The position numbers were made by a program, and so were the translations under genes. From Squalus acanthias (taxonomy: Eukaryota), in assembly GCA_030390025.1 (NCBI GenBank), contig CM059432.1, forward strand, positions 19,160,001-19,224,000: 64,000 nucleotides of DNA, in the 5' to 3' direction. Below, one piece after another: positions 24,415 to 37,943 of the stretch; positions within the stretch are counted from its first letter, which is position 1, and every line of letters begins with the position of its first letter. The notes below the pieces were generated by a model. That model did no database searches and was not told where the DNA came from. It saw only the letters and a program-made list of their open reading frames with translations.

Positions 24415-25295
24415 TTTAAACCCCACATCCTATCAGTCATCCAGAAGCATATTTCCATCAGTGCACCATTGCCTATCTTCACTCCAGCCATACGTCTCCA
24501 TGCTCACACATAATCCTATCGACAATTTTGGCACTTCTGGACTGATTATTTTAATCCTCCACCCTGTACAAATTTCAACTTGTTCAAAATGCAGACATCC
24601 ATATCCATCCCACTTGCCCATCGCCCTCGCCCTCTCTGACCAACAATGGCTCCTTGCCCCCCAGTATATATAATCTGACAATCTTGTTCTCATTTTGAAA
24701 TCCCTCTATGACCTTGTCCCTTCCTATCCTCTGCAACCTCCTCTCCTCTTATATCCCCTCAATCCCATTACTTCTCTGTTGCTGGCCTTTTGTCTGGCTC
24801 ACTTCCCTTTGCCCCAGCATTAATAGCAGTCACATTTTTTAAATTTACTCTCCAGGCAGCATTTATTGCCCATCCCTAATATAGTCATGTAGGCCAGATC
24901 AGGTAGGGGTGGAAGGATCGCCTCTCGATGGAACCTTTCGGATATTTAACAACAATACAGTCTTTTTTTTCTGGTACTAGCCGACCTATTACCAGATTTA
25001 TTCAGTTTCACAACTTGCCATGGAGGGATTTAATCTCAAATTCACTGGATTGCTACTCCAGGACCACAACCACTAGGTTACGACACCCAACTTGGTCTCA
25101 CCTTCTGCATCTCCATGACCCTCTCCTCCTTTAAAAGCTTTCTCAAAACCACTCTTTTCGACCAGGCATTTAGTCATTCCTCCAAACCATGGAGGGAGGT
25201 GCATTGTTCAGGCTATGTTTTTTTGTCTATATCTGTTCATGAAGTGCCTTGTGAAGCTTTTTATGTTAAAGGTGTTACATAAATGCAAGTTGTTT
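24415..25295 (+). mobile_element. Decayed L2 3' region, with an HE1 fragment (~24850-25090, minus) inside
   Basis: L2-like C-terminal sequence and tail GGTGTTACATAAATGCAAGTTG. Confidence 0.55.
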
Positions 25296-25404
25296 TGTTA
25301 ATTTTAAACTCAATTGGGTTTTTTCTAAGGAACGGTCATGTGTTTTCTCCCTTTCTTTCTCTCATGCCTAAACAGCATGGTATTCATTCTGGGTCTCTTT
25401 TTTG

Positions 25405-26855
25405 AAGCGTTTGCAAACATCCTTAGTCAGAAGTGACGAGTGGATGATCCATATCGGCCTCCTCCTGAGGTCCCCAGCATTACAGAAGCCAGTCTTCAGC
25501 CAATTCAATTCACTCCATGTGACATCAAGAAACGGCTGAGCGCACTGGATACAGCAAAGACAATGGGCCCCGACAACATCCCGGCTGTCGTGCTGAAAAC
25601 TTGTGCTCCAGAACTAGCCATGCCTCTAGCCAAGCTGTTCCAGTACAGCTACAACACTGGCATCTACCTGACAATATGGAAAACTGCCCAGGTATGTCCT
25701 GTCCACAAAAAGCAGGACAAATCCAATCCAGCCAATTACCGCCCCATCACTCTACTCTCAATCATCAGCAAAGTGATGGAAGGTGTTGTCAACAGTGCTA
25801 TCAAGCGGCAATTACTCACCAATACCCTGCTCCCTGATGCTCAGTTTGGCTTTCGCCAGGAGCACTTGGCTCCAGACCTCATTACAGCCTTGGTCCAAAC
25901 ATGGACAAAAGAGCTTAATTCCAGAGCTGAGGTGAGAGTGATTGCCCTTGACATCAAGGCAGCATTTGACCGAATGTGGCATCAAGGAGCGCTAGTAAAA
26001 TTGAAGTCAATGGGAATCAGGGGGGAAAACTCTCCACTGGCTGGAGTCATACCTAGCACAAAGGAAGATAGTTGTGGTTGTTGGAGGTCAATCATCTCAG
26101 CCCCAGGTCATCGCTGCAGGAGTTCCTCAGGGCAGTGTCTTAGGCCCAATTATCTTCAGTTGCTTCAGCAATGACCTTCCCTCCATCACAAGGTCAGAAG
26201 TGGGGATGTTCACTAATGATTGCACAGTGTTCAATTCCATTCATAACTCCTCAGATAATGAAGCAGTCCGTGCCTGCATGCAGCAAGACCTGGACGATAT
26301 TAAGGCATGGGCTGATAAGTGGCAAGTAACATTCGCGCCACACAAGTGCCAGGCAATGACTATCTCCAACAAGCGAGAGTCTAACCACCACCCCTTTACA
26401 TTCAATGGCATTACCATCGCCGAATCCCCCACCATCAACATCCTGGGGATAAGCATTGACCAGAAACTTAACTGGACCAGCCACATAAATACTGTGGCAA
26501 CAAGAGCAAGTCAGAGGCTGGGTATTCTGTGGTGAACCTTCTTACTCCCCAAAGCCTTTCCACCATCTACAAGACACAAGTAAGGAGTGTGATGGAATAC
26601 TCTCCACTTGCCTGGATGAATGCAGCTCCAACAACATTCAAGAAGCTCGACACCATCCAGGACAAAGCAGCCCGCTTGATCGGCACCTCATCCACCTTAA
26701 ACATTCGCTCCCTCCACCACCGGTGTACCGTGGCTGCAGTGTGTACCATCTACAAGATGCACTGCAGCAACTCATCAAGGCTTCTTCAGCAGCACCTCCC
26801 AAACCTGTGGCCTCTTCCACCTAGAAGGACAAGCGCAGCAGGCGCATGGGAACAA
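25405..26855 (+). mobile_element. HER1-like LINE RT region (pseudogene); 3' end at 27183-27468
   Basis: ORFs 25440-26174, 26074-26535, 26529-26912: [32 protein letters not shown] mutated to FTND. Confidence 0.92.
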
Positions 26856-27684
26856 TTTTGTATCCATGCTGCCACTGTCCCTTTTATTCTGTTCTACTCC
26901 CTCACAAACTGAACTGTTCCCTATATGCATCACTGTCCATGTAAACTAGTTATATTGAAATTTAAATTGTCTGTTTCACCTCTCTCTCTCTCTCTTCGAG
27001 CCTGAGTCTATTGCTACCTATTTCTATGCCACCTGATGAGCTTTCCAGTTATCTTCACCAAGTTATTAACGATTCACATCAGATGTAGCCATGACAACAG
27101 GGAAGCCATTTGTTCTCAAGAAATATATTATAATGGGACAGCAATGTAATACCAGTTTCATAAAATGCCATATACTGGACACACCTAGAAGGACAAGGGC
27201 AGCAGACGCATGGGAACACCACCACCTCCAGGTTCCCCATCAAGTCACACACCATCCTGACTTAGAAATATATCGCTGTTCCTTCATTGTCTCTGGCTCA
27301 AAATCCTGGAACTCCCTCCCTAACAGCACTGTGGGAGTACATTCACCACACAGACTGCAGCGGTTCAAGAAGGCGGCTCACCACCACCTTCTCAAGGGCA
27401 ATTAGGGATGGGCAGTAAATGCTGACATTGCCAGTAACGCCCACATCCCATGAACGAATTAAAAAAAATTACAGCATTATTTCTGCTATTAAAACGCTCA
27501 TCCCGAGTTCCTACGCAATTTTGGAGATTTCCCTGATCCACTTGCCATTCAGCCCAACAAGTCAGTGTTGGTGTTTCTCCTCCACATGAGCAGTACTCCT
27601 CATCCTATGTATCTTCCCTGTTCCCCTATCTCTTCCACCCACGCCCCCAACCCGCCCCCGGCCCCCCATTTTCCTTCAGTGGTC

Positions 27685-28135
27685 CTTATGCTGACCCTGC
27701 GGAACACCACTCTATACTTCCCTCCAGTCTGAAAAACAACCATTCATTACCACTCTCTTCTTTCTGTCCCTTAGCCAATTTTGATCCCATGAGCTTTAAT
27801 TTTGCTAACAAGTCTATTATGTGGTACCTTGTCAAATGTCTTTTGAAAGTCTATATACACAACATCAACTGCACTATCCTTATTAACGCTCTCCGTTAAT
27901 GCATTAAAGAACTCGTTCAAGTTAGGCAAACACGATTTGCCTTTAACAAATCCATGCTGACTTTCATTTATTAGTCCATTCTTTTCTAAATGCCATTAAA
28001 TTTTGTCCCGTATTATTATCTCTAAAATTTTCCCCATCACCAAAGTTAGGCTGACTGGCCTGTAGTTGCCCTGTTTTAGACATGGATGTAGCATTTGCCA
28101 TCCTCCAGTCCTCTGGAACCACCCCCATATCCATA
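27685..28135 (-). mobile_element. Old CR1 RT fragment; CR1-like 3' tail (+) at 28135-28265
   Basis: GNYRPVSLTLVMGKILE in ORF 27996-28364. Confidence 0.75.
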
Positions 28136-28374
28136 AATACATGAGAGAGAAAGGAATAGAAGGATATGTTGATAGGGTGAGATGAAGTAAGGTGGGAGGA
28201 GGCTCGTGTGGAGCATAGACCAGTTGGGCCGAATGGCCTGTTTCTATGCTGTAAATACTATGTAATATTATATAATTATGATATACCCCTTTTTTGACTG
28301 GCTCCCTCACTGGTTGCTGCATAATTATTACTTGCTGTCCCTTAATAGTTTGACTCTGCCTCACTTGACATGAT

Positions 28375-29117
28375 GGGCTGAATTTTGTGACCCCTACGGA
28401 TGCGTACGAGGTGTGTACGCGCCCTTAGTGGCTGTGCAAGTTCCGGGTTTAGGCATGCGAAGCGAACTTGCGATCTGTCAAGAATCTTCTTGACAGATTC
28501 TCCGCATCCCGGGAGAAGGGCCTCTGCGGGTGGAGAATTGCGCTATTTGCCCAACTTCCGCCCGCTGAATGCCTGTGAAATTCTTACGCCTGGTAAAAGC
28601 AGGTGTAATGCCTGCTTTTACCAGCATAAGAGTTTTAAAAAGTAGGAAAAAAATTTTTTATCACTCATTTATACATTAAAAACCCGGTCCAATAAGGTAA
28701 GTTTATATATAGCCCCTTTAAAACAATTTTTTCAAAAAATTTAATTTTCGTTTAAAATATGTAATTAAATGGCATTTTAATTAATTTTAAATATGTAATT
28801 TAAAAAAAAAAATCTTTCATGTGTTTGTGTATTTTTTAAGTGATCCCATTCATACTTATGGGGATTCCGTACGTACACAACTCCCATAAGTATGAATGGG
28901 GATGCCCTTCTTTTATTGGTTGGGCCGGCCCACGTGATCCCAGGGGCACTGGCGAACCGCCTGCGCCCCTGGGATACGTGGGGCTCTGTCCGCGCGGACC
29001 CGGAGAGGTCCAGGATCACAAGCCTCCGTATCTCCCGGGCCACCAGGTAAATGCGTAGATTTTTTACAGGTCGGAAGCATCCGCCCGCAGGAAGCCTCCG
29101 ATCGCAAATTTTGGGCC
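28375..29117. mobile_element. Harbinger-type MITE with internal hairpin
   Basis: Imperfect TIR GGGCTGAATTTTG / CAAATTTTGGGCC; inverted relative of 40835-41590. Confidence 0.75.
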
Positions 29118-29526
29118 ATTGGTTTATTAAAGGTTAACTCAGGGTCTGACTCAGACAGTTTCTTGTCTCATAGGCCCACTGCAATAGAATCATGAATCAT
29201 TCTGTCATGCAATGTACCATAGGCACCGTGTTAGTCCAAACAGTATAAGGCTGATAAAACCATCCACTGAATCGGTTTCTTCCTGTTTCCTTTGATTGAA
29301 TTTAATTGTTTAAAAATGAAATCTAATTTCTGGGACACTACAACATTCTTTTCAATTCAATCTCGTACTGATTGATAAATGTCTCCAACATTCTCAGACA
29401 TAGGAAACGAGCACAAAATATCTTCCACTTCATCACCCATCCAATATATCAGTGTATTGATCAGATTCAGTTCTGCTTTCTTAATTACATTTTAAATCTT
29501 TCAAATTAATTGATCTTGACCATTTT

Positions 29527-29825
29527 GCAACAACAACAACTTGTATTTATATAGCGCCTTTAAAGTAGTAAAACGTCCCAAGGCACTTCACAGGAGCTTT
29601 AGTAAACAAAATTAGACCTGAGCCACATAAGGAGATATTGGGACAGATGACCAAAAGTTTGGTAGGTTTTAAGGAGCGTCTTAAAGGAGGAGAGAAAAAT
29701 AGAAAGGAAGAGAGGTTTAGGGAGGGAATTCCAGAGCTTAGGGCTAGTCAGCTGAGGGCATGGCCACCAATGATTGCTCAAGAGGCCAGAATTAGAGGAG
29801 TGCAGAGATCTCAGAGGGTTGTACT
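29527..29825 (-). mobile_element. L2 LINE 3' fragment
   Basis: Homologous to 4247-4650. Confidence 0.75.
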
Positions 29826-30834
29826 ACTGGCTTACTGCTATCAAACTTTCTTGCTGGGCTTATATGGAAAGAAACCATTTTTCTCTGCAATTCTTTTCTA
29901 TTTATTTGTAGGCCTCTTCAGCTATTCTAAAACTTTTCTCCACTTTGTTCCTTGGCAAGCTTGTTCCCTCAGTTTTTCATAGTCTCTGCATGACTTTTGT
30001 TTTAAACAAAGAACAATGATCATTGCCACCATGATGCACTATAGGTTCTTTTTAAAATGCACTTGGGAGGCAATGAAACAGAGCCTTTTTTGATGTTTCA
30101 AGACTCTTAATAGCTTCCCACTGAATTATGTAAAGACCCCTGTTGCACTCTCCGCCCTAAACGGGATTATTCTGGATTCCTCTAGCATTGTAGTGACTCA
30201 ACACTCCCTCTGCTGGCATTTTATTACATTACACGAAAAGAACTAGTTTACCGCAACTAATCCTACATGTACAATTTTGTTGAAAGACCAACATAGCCTT
30301 AACACTGAGAGTGCTTGTCTTTATGCTTATGGCTGTGAATTTGTTCAGAGTTTGCTAAAATCAACGGGATTTCCACCGCACTTCCAGTGAAATTACGGTG
30401 GTGGAGTGGAAGTAGCTCTGAGGAAATTCCCAGCCTACGTATCGAGGCCAAGAAAAGGCCGTCAGGCCTATCTGTGTTTAACTCCACCTGTTGATTTCAT
30501 CCCCATGTACCAACTCTCCTCCCACCCTCCTCCACCTCCTGGGAGAGACAAACAGAAATGTCTCTCCAACCTTTCATGAACGATCAGGCAAGTTCCAGGA
30601 GGCCCCCAAAACCATTAATTCTTATTCAAAATGATTTTCTCTTAACTTCAAATGAATGCCATTACTGTTTCCCAGAAGTCCATATTGCCTTCTTGAAAAA
30701 TTGTAAAGAATCAGTCTCTCTCCTGGAATCCTGTTCTAAGCCCCAACACACTATAGGAAAAATAATACATCTGGATATCGAACTTCACTCTCTGCTCCCT
30801 CTGTTTATGTAGGTGGCTCCCACTTAGACATAAC

Positions 30835-31696
30835 AGATAAATCAAGGACAGTTAGCATGGTTTTGTTAAGGTAAGGTCGTGTCTGACTCACTTGATTGAA
30901 TTTTTTAAGGAGGGTCGATGAGGGTAGATGTTTAATATAGTCTACATGGATTTTAGCAAGGCTTTTGACAAGGTCCCACAAGCCAGACTGGTCAGAAAAG
31001 TAAAAGCCCATGGGATCCAAGGGAAAGTGGCAAGTTGGATCCAAAGTTGGCTCAGTGGCAGAAAGCAAAGGGTAATGGTTGACGGGTGTTTTTGTGACTG
31101 GAAGGCTGTTTCCAGTGAGGTTCCACAAGGCTCAGTACTAGGTCACAGCTAGAGTACTGCATACAGTTCTGGTCACCACATTACAGTAAAGATGTGATCA
31201 TACTAGAGAGGGTACAGAGGAGATTTATGAGGATGTTGCCAGGACTGGAGAATTTTAGCTATGAGGAAATATTGGATAGGCTGGGGTTGTTTTCTTTGGA
31301 ATGGAGGAGGCTGAGGGGAGATTTAATTGAGGTGCAAATATTATGAGGGGCCTAGATAGAATGGATAAGAAGGACCTATTTCCCTTAGCAGGGAGGTCAA
31401 TAATCAGGGGGCATAGATTTAAAGTAATTGGTAGAAGGATTAGAGGGGAGTTGAGGGGAAATTCTTTCACCCAGAGGGTGGTGGGGGTCTGGAACTCGCT
31501 GCCTGAAAGGGTGGTAGAGGCAGAAACCCTCATCTCACTTAAAAAGTACTTGGATATGCACTTCAAGTGTCGTAACCTACAAGGCTACGGACCAAGAACT
31601 GGAAAGTGGGATTCGGCTGGATAGCTCTTTTCCGGCCGGCATAGACACGATGAGCTGAATGGCCTCCTTCTGTGCCGTAAATTTCTACGATTCAAT
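30835..31696 (+). mobile_element. Internally deleted CR1 3' fragment
   Basis: ORFs 30928-31152 (YMDFSKAFDKV) and 31343-31624. Confidence 0.9.
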
Positions 31697-32477
31697 GGGG
31701 GTGATTTTGCCAATGGGGGCGCGTTGGAGGCGGGACTGCTGCTTGTCGGGTTTTAGTCCCGCCTCCATCGACTTGTGGCCAACCCACGCTATTTTCCCTT
31801 GATTGACCTTGTTAAGCCTGCCCAGTGGGCTTAGCAGGTCAATTAAGGAGAAACCGGTTACAGAGAATGTCAGCGTATGACGTTTCATCTGTCAAAAATT
31901 TTTGATGAGTCCTTGTATTCAAGACTCATCAAACCTCTTTTGTGAGCAGAAATTAGATGGTTGTTGCATCTGGGAATGCAGCAGCCATCTGTCATCTCTG
32001 CCGGTGAGATGCGAGACTCTCCGCATCCCCAACTGTTGAAGCCTGCAGGAAGAAACAAAGGTAAGTAAATATTTTCTGTCACTTTCCACTCACCTCACAT
32101 ACTTACCTCTCCACACTTGCACCCATCACTTACCTCCACAGCGCACCTTTGGACCCCCTCCGACCCCCGCAGACCCACTGCTCGCCTCGGTGATCCTGGC
32201 GGGGTTTCCCGACGTCGGGAAGCCCGCGCCTCTGGTGGAAAAATGGGGATAATCCTCTTAACTGCCTGTTAACTACCTGTTAACAGGCAGTTAAGTGGCT
32301 GTAATCCCCTTCCTGCCTCCAGGAGATGGGATCCGGCGCGGGTCGGCTACCCGCCTCCTGGGAAGATGGCATGGAGGCGGGTTGGGGGCGGGATGGTTAC
32401 CCGCCCCCAGATTCTGCCATTTTCCTGGCAGTCCCGCCTCCAAACCCGCCTCCCCCAGGGCTGGCAAAATCCAGCCC
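31697..32477. mobile_element. Harbinger-type MITE inserted in a CR1 tail
   Basis: TIR GGGGGTGATTTTGCCA / TGGCAAAATCCAGCCC; TSD AAT/TAT. Confidence 0.8.
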
Positions 32478-32671
32478 TATGGTTCTCTGACCTTTGCTTC
32501 CTGAAGCTTTTGATGAATACCTCCTATAAACCCTGTAAGTTCTAAATGCTCATTAATAGCACCCCTCATGATACTTTCTATTATCTTTCCCGCTGCTGAG
32601 GTTGGACTCATTGGTGCAAAGTTCCCTGGATTTGATTGTAATTATGTTTTGAATAAGGGGGCTATGTGTAC

Positions 32672-32926
32672 TAAAAACAGAAAATGCTGGAAATACTCAG
32701 CAGGTCAGGCAGCATCTGTGGAGAGAGAAACAGAGCTTTCGTCAGAACTGGAAAAAGTTAGAGATGTAACAGATTTTAAACAAGTACAAAGGCTGGGAAA
32801 GCGGGGAAGGGAGGAAAGAACAAAAGGGAAGGCCTGTGACAGGGTAGAAGGCAGGAGAGACGAAATGACAAACGGGATGATCGTGCGAGGCAAAAGATGG
32901 TAATGGGAAAAGTAAAGAAACAAAAG
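32672..32926 (-). mobile_element. Penelope-like family A fragment with most of the hammerhead deleted
   Basis: Homologous to 9873-10010 but lacking stem II, GAAA and stem III. Confidence 0.75.
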
Positions 32927-32929
32927 ATT

Positions 32930-33215
32930 TTTTTTATTCATTCACAGGATAGGCCAGCATTTATTGCCCATGAGAAGGTGATGGTGATCTGCCTTATACA
33001 ACTGAGTGGCTTGCTTGGCCATTTCAGAGGGTAGTTAAGAGTCAACCACATTGCTGTGGGTCTGGAGTCACATATAGGCCAGAACGGGTAAGGAGAGTAG
33101 ATTTCCTTCACCTAAAGGACATTAGTGAACCAGATGGGTTTTTAACAACAATTCAGTAGTTTCATGGTCACCATTACTGATATTAGCTTTCTATTCCAGA
33201 TTTATTTAATTAACT
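32930..33215 (-). mobile_element. HE1-type SINE fragment
   Basis: Reverse complement of 6925-7285. Confidence 0.8.
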
Positions 33216-33225
33216 GCAATTAAGG

Positions 33226-36200
33226 ACATGGGTAGAAAGAGGGATGAGGTCCTGCAACAAGAATTTAGGGAGCTAGGTAGCAGATTAAAAAGCAGGACCT
33301 CAAAGGTTGTAATCTCTGGATTACTCCCGGTGCCACATGCTGGTGAGTATAAGAATAGGAGGATAGAACAGATGAATGCGTGGCTAAAGAGTTGGTGCAG
33401 GAGGGAGGGCTTTAGTTTCCTGGATCACTGGGTCTGCTTCTGGGGAAGGTGGGACCTGTACAAGTCGGACGGGTTGCACCTGAACCGGAACAACATCCTT
33501 GCAGGGAGGTTTGCTAGTACTGTTGGGGGGCGGGGTTTAAACTAACTTGGCAGGGGAATGGGATAGGGAGTGGAGCTATAGTAGGGGTTGATGCACAGCC
33601 AAATATAGAAGAAAAAACAAGTCAGCCTGGAAGGCAGAGCAAATATGTAATGGCACAACGGAGTATGGCAAGGCTGGATGGCATTTATTTTAATGCAAGG
33701 AGTCTTGCGAGTAAGGCTGATGAATTGAAGGTGTTGATGAACACATAGGAGTACAATATTGTTGCTATCACAGAGACATGGTTGAGGGAGGGGCAGGACT
33801 GGCAGCTCAATATTCCGGGGTATAGAATCTTCAGGCGAGATAGAGGGGGTTTTAAAAGAGGAGGGGGTGTCGCAATATTAATCAAGGAGTCAATTACTGC
33901 TGTAAGGAGAGATGATATCTTAGCAGGTTCCTCTAATAAGGCCATATGGGTAGAACTTAAAAACAAAAAGGGGGCAAGCACTTTGCTGGAAGTGTACTAT
34001 AGGCCCCCAAACAGTCAGGGGGAGATAGAGGAACAGATATGTAGGCAAATCTCAGAGAAGTGTAGAAATAATAGGGTAATAATAGTAGGGGATTTCAACT
34101 TCCCCAATATTAACTGGGATAGTCAGAGTGTGAAAGGCTTAGAGGGTGCGTAATTCTTAAAGTGCATCCAGGAGAGCTTTTTGAGCCAGCACGTAGAAAG
34201 TCCTACAAGAGAGGGGGCGGTACTGGACCTAATTCTAGAGAATATAGCCGGGCAAGTGGTAGAAGTGTCAGTAGGAGAGCATTTTGGTGACAGTGACCAT
34301 AATTCGGTGAGATTTAAGGTAGTCATGGAAAAGGACAAAGATGGACCGGAAATAAAGGTTCAAAATTGGGGGAAGGCCGATTTTAATATGATAAGGCAGG
34401 ATCTGGCCAAAGTGGACTGGGATCAGCTACTTGTCTTTCAGAAAGGAAATAGAGAGAGTACAACGCCAACATGTTGCCGTAAAGGTCAAGGGTGGGACAA
34501 ACAAGCCCAGGGAACCCTGGATTTCAAGGGATATACAAGAATGGATTAGGAAAAAAAGGGAGGCTTTTGGCAGATACAAAGGACTAAAAACAGTGGAAGC
34601 CCTAGAGGAGTATAGAAAGTGCAGGGGGGTACTTAAAAAAAAAATAAGGAGAGCGAAGAGGGGGCATGAAAAAACACTGGCGGGCAAAATAAAGGAAAAT
34701 CCCAAGGTGTTTTATAAGTATATTAAGGGCAAGGGGATAACCAGGGAAAGAGTAGGGCCCATTAGGGACCAACGTGGCAATCTGTGTGTAGAGCCGGAAG
34801 ATGTGGGTGAGGTTTTAAATGAATATGTTGCATCTGTGTTCACTATGGAGAAGAATGATGTAGGCATAGAAATCAGGCAGGGGGATTGTGGTATACTTGA
34901 ACAAATTAGTATTGAGAGGGAGGAGGTACGAGCGGTTTTAGCGGGCTTAAAAGTGGATAAATCCCCAGGCCCAGACGAGATGTATCCCAGGCTGCTGTGT
35001 GAGGCAAGGGAGGAGATTGCAGGGGCTCTGACACAAATTTTCAGATCCTCTCTGGCCACAGGGGAGGTCATGATGCGGAGATGCCGGTGTTGGACTGGGG
35101 TGGACAAAATTGAGAGGTCGCACAACACCAGGTTATAGTCCAACAGTTTTATTTGAAATCACAAGCTTTCGGAGCTATCGATCGCCCCTTCCTCAGGTGA
35201 AGTAGCTACTTCACCTGACACAGGGGAGGTGCCAGAGGACTGGAGGACAGCTAACGTAGTACCATTATTCAAGAAGGGTAGTAGGGATAAACCAGGGAAT
35301 TACAGGCCAGTGAGCCTAACATCAGTGGTAGGGAAATTATTGGAAAAAATTCTGAGGGACAGAATTAGTCTCCATTTGGAGAGGCAAGGATTAATCAAGA
35401 ATAGTCAGCATGGCTTTGTCAGGGGGAGGTCATGTCTAATCAATTTGATTGAATTTTTCGAGGGGGTGACTAGGTGTGTGGATGAGGGTAATGCAGTTGA
35501 TGTAGTCTACATGGACTTCAGTAAGGCTTTTAAGCATGGGAGACTGGTCAAGAAAGTAAGAGCCAATGCGATCCAGGGCAATTTGGCCCATTGGATCCAA
35601 AATTGGCTTAGTGGCAGGAGGCAGAGGGTGATGGTTGAAGGTTGTTTTTGTGACTGGAAGCCTGTGTCCAGTGGTGTACCGCAGGGATCGATGCTGGGTC
35701 CTTTGCTGTTTGTAGTGTACATTAATGATTTAGATATGAATGTAGGAGGTATGATCAGTCAGTTCGCAGATGACACGAAAATTGGTGGAGTGGTAAATAG
35801 CAAGGAGGGAAGCCTCAGGCTACAGGACGATATAGACAGGTTTGTCAGATGGGCAGAACAGTGGCAAATGGAATTTAACCCTGAAAAGTGTGAGGTGATG
35901 CATTTTGGGAGAACTAACAAGGCAAGGGAATACACAATGAATGGTAGGACCCTAGGAAGGACAGAGGATCAGATGGACCTTGGTGTGCATGTACATAGAT
36001 CCCTGAAGGCAGCAGGACAGGTAGATAAGGTGGTTAAAAAGGCATATGGGATACTTGCCTTCATTAGTCGAGGCATAGAATATAAGAGCAGGGAGGTTAT
36101 GATGGAACTGTACAAAACGTTAGTTAGGCCACAGCTGGAATAATGTGTGCAGTTCTGGTCGCCACACTATAGGAGGGATGTGATTGCATTGGAGAGGGTG

Positions 36201-36677
36201 CAGAGGAGATTAACCAGGACATTACCTGGGCTGGAGCGCTTCAGCTATGAAGAGAGACTGGACAGGCTGGGGTTGTTTTCCTTAGAGCAGAGAAGGCTGA
36301 GGGGGGACCTGATTGAGGTGTACAAAATTATGAGGGTCATAGATAGGGTAGATAGAAAGGAACTTTTCCCCTTAGTAGAGGGGTCAATGACCAGGGGGCA
36401 TAGTTTCAAGGTAAGGGGCAGGAGGATTAGAGGGGATTTGAGGAAAAACTTTTTCACCCAGAGGGTGGTTGGAATCTGGAACCCACTGCCTGAAAGGGTG
36501 GTAGAGGCAGGAACCCTCACAACATTCAAGAAGCATTTAGATGAGCACTTGAAATGCCATAGCATACAAGGCTACGGACCAAGTGCTGGAAAATGGGATT
36601 AGAATAGATAGGCCTTGATGGCCGGCGCGGACACGATGGGCCGAAGGGCCTCTTTCTGTGCTGTATAACTCTATGAT
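33226..36677 (+). mobile_element. Long CR1 LINE: ORF1 esterase-like C-terminus, ORF2 APE + RT (disrupted), 3' UTR
   Basis: 33228-33545 (ISGLLP...DGLHLN); APE motifs ITETW, GDFNFP, SDHN; RT ORF 35229-36143 with FADD; C-terminus 36147-36602. Confidence 0.95.
35069..35218 (-). mobile_element. Penelope-like family B insertion with hammerhead (35159-35200) and terminal 26-bp palindrome
   Basis: 12-bp TSD CACAGGGGAGGT at 35057-35068 and 35219-35230; minus strand TCAC-CTGAGGA-A-GGGGC...GCTCC-GAAAG-CTT-GTGA. Confidence 0.85.
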
Positions 36678-36800
36678 ATGAATTTAAATTCCCCAGCTAC
36701 AATGGGTGGGATTTGAACTCACGTCTCCAGATCATTAAGTCCAGGATCATAACCAGATTTCTAGTCCAGTACCTCTAACCACTATGCTACCGTACCCCAT
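36678..36800 (-). mobile_element. HE1 SINE tRNA-like head
   Basis: Reverse complement of 6823-6930. Confidence 0.75.
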
Positions 36801-37418
36801 ATGGAGCTAGAGGAGGTGTAAATGGGAATGGCAGAATCATCAGCAACTTTTCTTCAATCCTCTAGCACTCTAGGAGCTAATGTCCTGGATTCAACTACAA
36901 CAGGATGCAGGATGAACCAATCTGAACTAAGCATTAGGAACCTCAGTTTTAGTTGTAATTAAGGACCCACTGAAAACGAACAGCTCACTTTCAACCCAAT
37001 CAAACAGTTTGATGTTGATAAGCAATTACTGCTTCAAATGCTTAGGCCTCTGCCCTTGTCATTAATACCGTGGGACTTGAGGTTTAAACCTGAGATTGCC
37101 TTTCAGGTCTGAAATTTTATAGGAAAATCTATATTGTAATCTTCTGTGGCTTTTCAGTGTTAAAACGAATGGTCAATACCTCGACTCTTGAGTCAAATTG
37201 CCGAGTCAATGTTATTTTAATTGGATACCTCATCTTAAAGGAGACTGTAAAAATAGATTACATTTTCTTTTAGATGTGACAGTAAAGGTACATTACTTTG
37301 AAATTTAGAAGCAATTTATTTTCCTAACCCTCTCACTGTCTGCAAACGTTTTATACGCTGCTAACCTTTTACCAAAATAAAGGATAGCACTTCACATCCG
37401 TTAAGGTTACAAATATAG

Positions 37419-37943
37419 GGTGCGATTTTCAACCGCCTGAAAAATGGCCAATTAGTTATTAAAAACCGGGGTGGGAGGCGGGGGGTTCACCTTGGTCACC
37501 ACATTGGCGGCCAAGGACCGTCTGATGAAATTTTCATGCGGCCTATAAATGGGCAAGCAGCCCGCCCACCTGAAACAGGCAGGAGGCTGCTGAGATAAGC
37601 ATATCGGGCTGCTACACCCGATTTACAGGTACAAATGGGCAGAGCAGCACTGCCTATGCTCTGCTCATTTTTATCCAGGCGGTGAGCGGCCTAACCAGCG
37701 GTCCTGAGAGGGGTCGCTCAAAAAACGGCCCAGGAAGGATACCATTTTTTTTTTGGTGGGCCCAGAAGGAGCCGTTTGCCCGCCCTCCCAGAACCGGCGA
37801 GCTGCAGTGGGGGCCGCCACCTGATGCCCACAGCTCGCCTAGGTCGCAAAGTGTCTCGGAACGCGTGCCAGCATTAACGGGCGGGCAGAGCGGTCGGCCC
37901 ACGGACTTGCCATCCATTTTGAGTGCTACCTCAAGACTGCCCC
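37419..37943. mobile_element. Probable Harbinger-type MITE
   Basis: GC-rich island in AT-rich DNA; weak TIR; TAG on both flanks. Confidence 0.45.
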
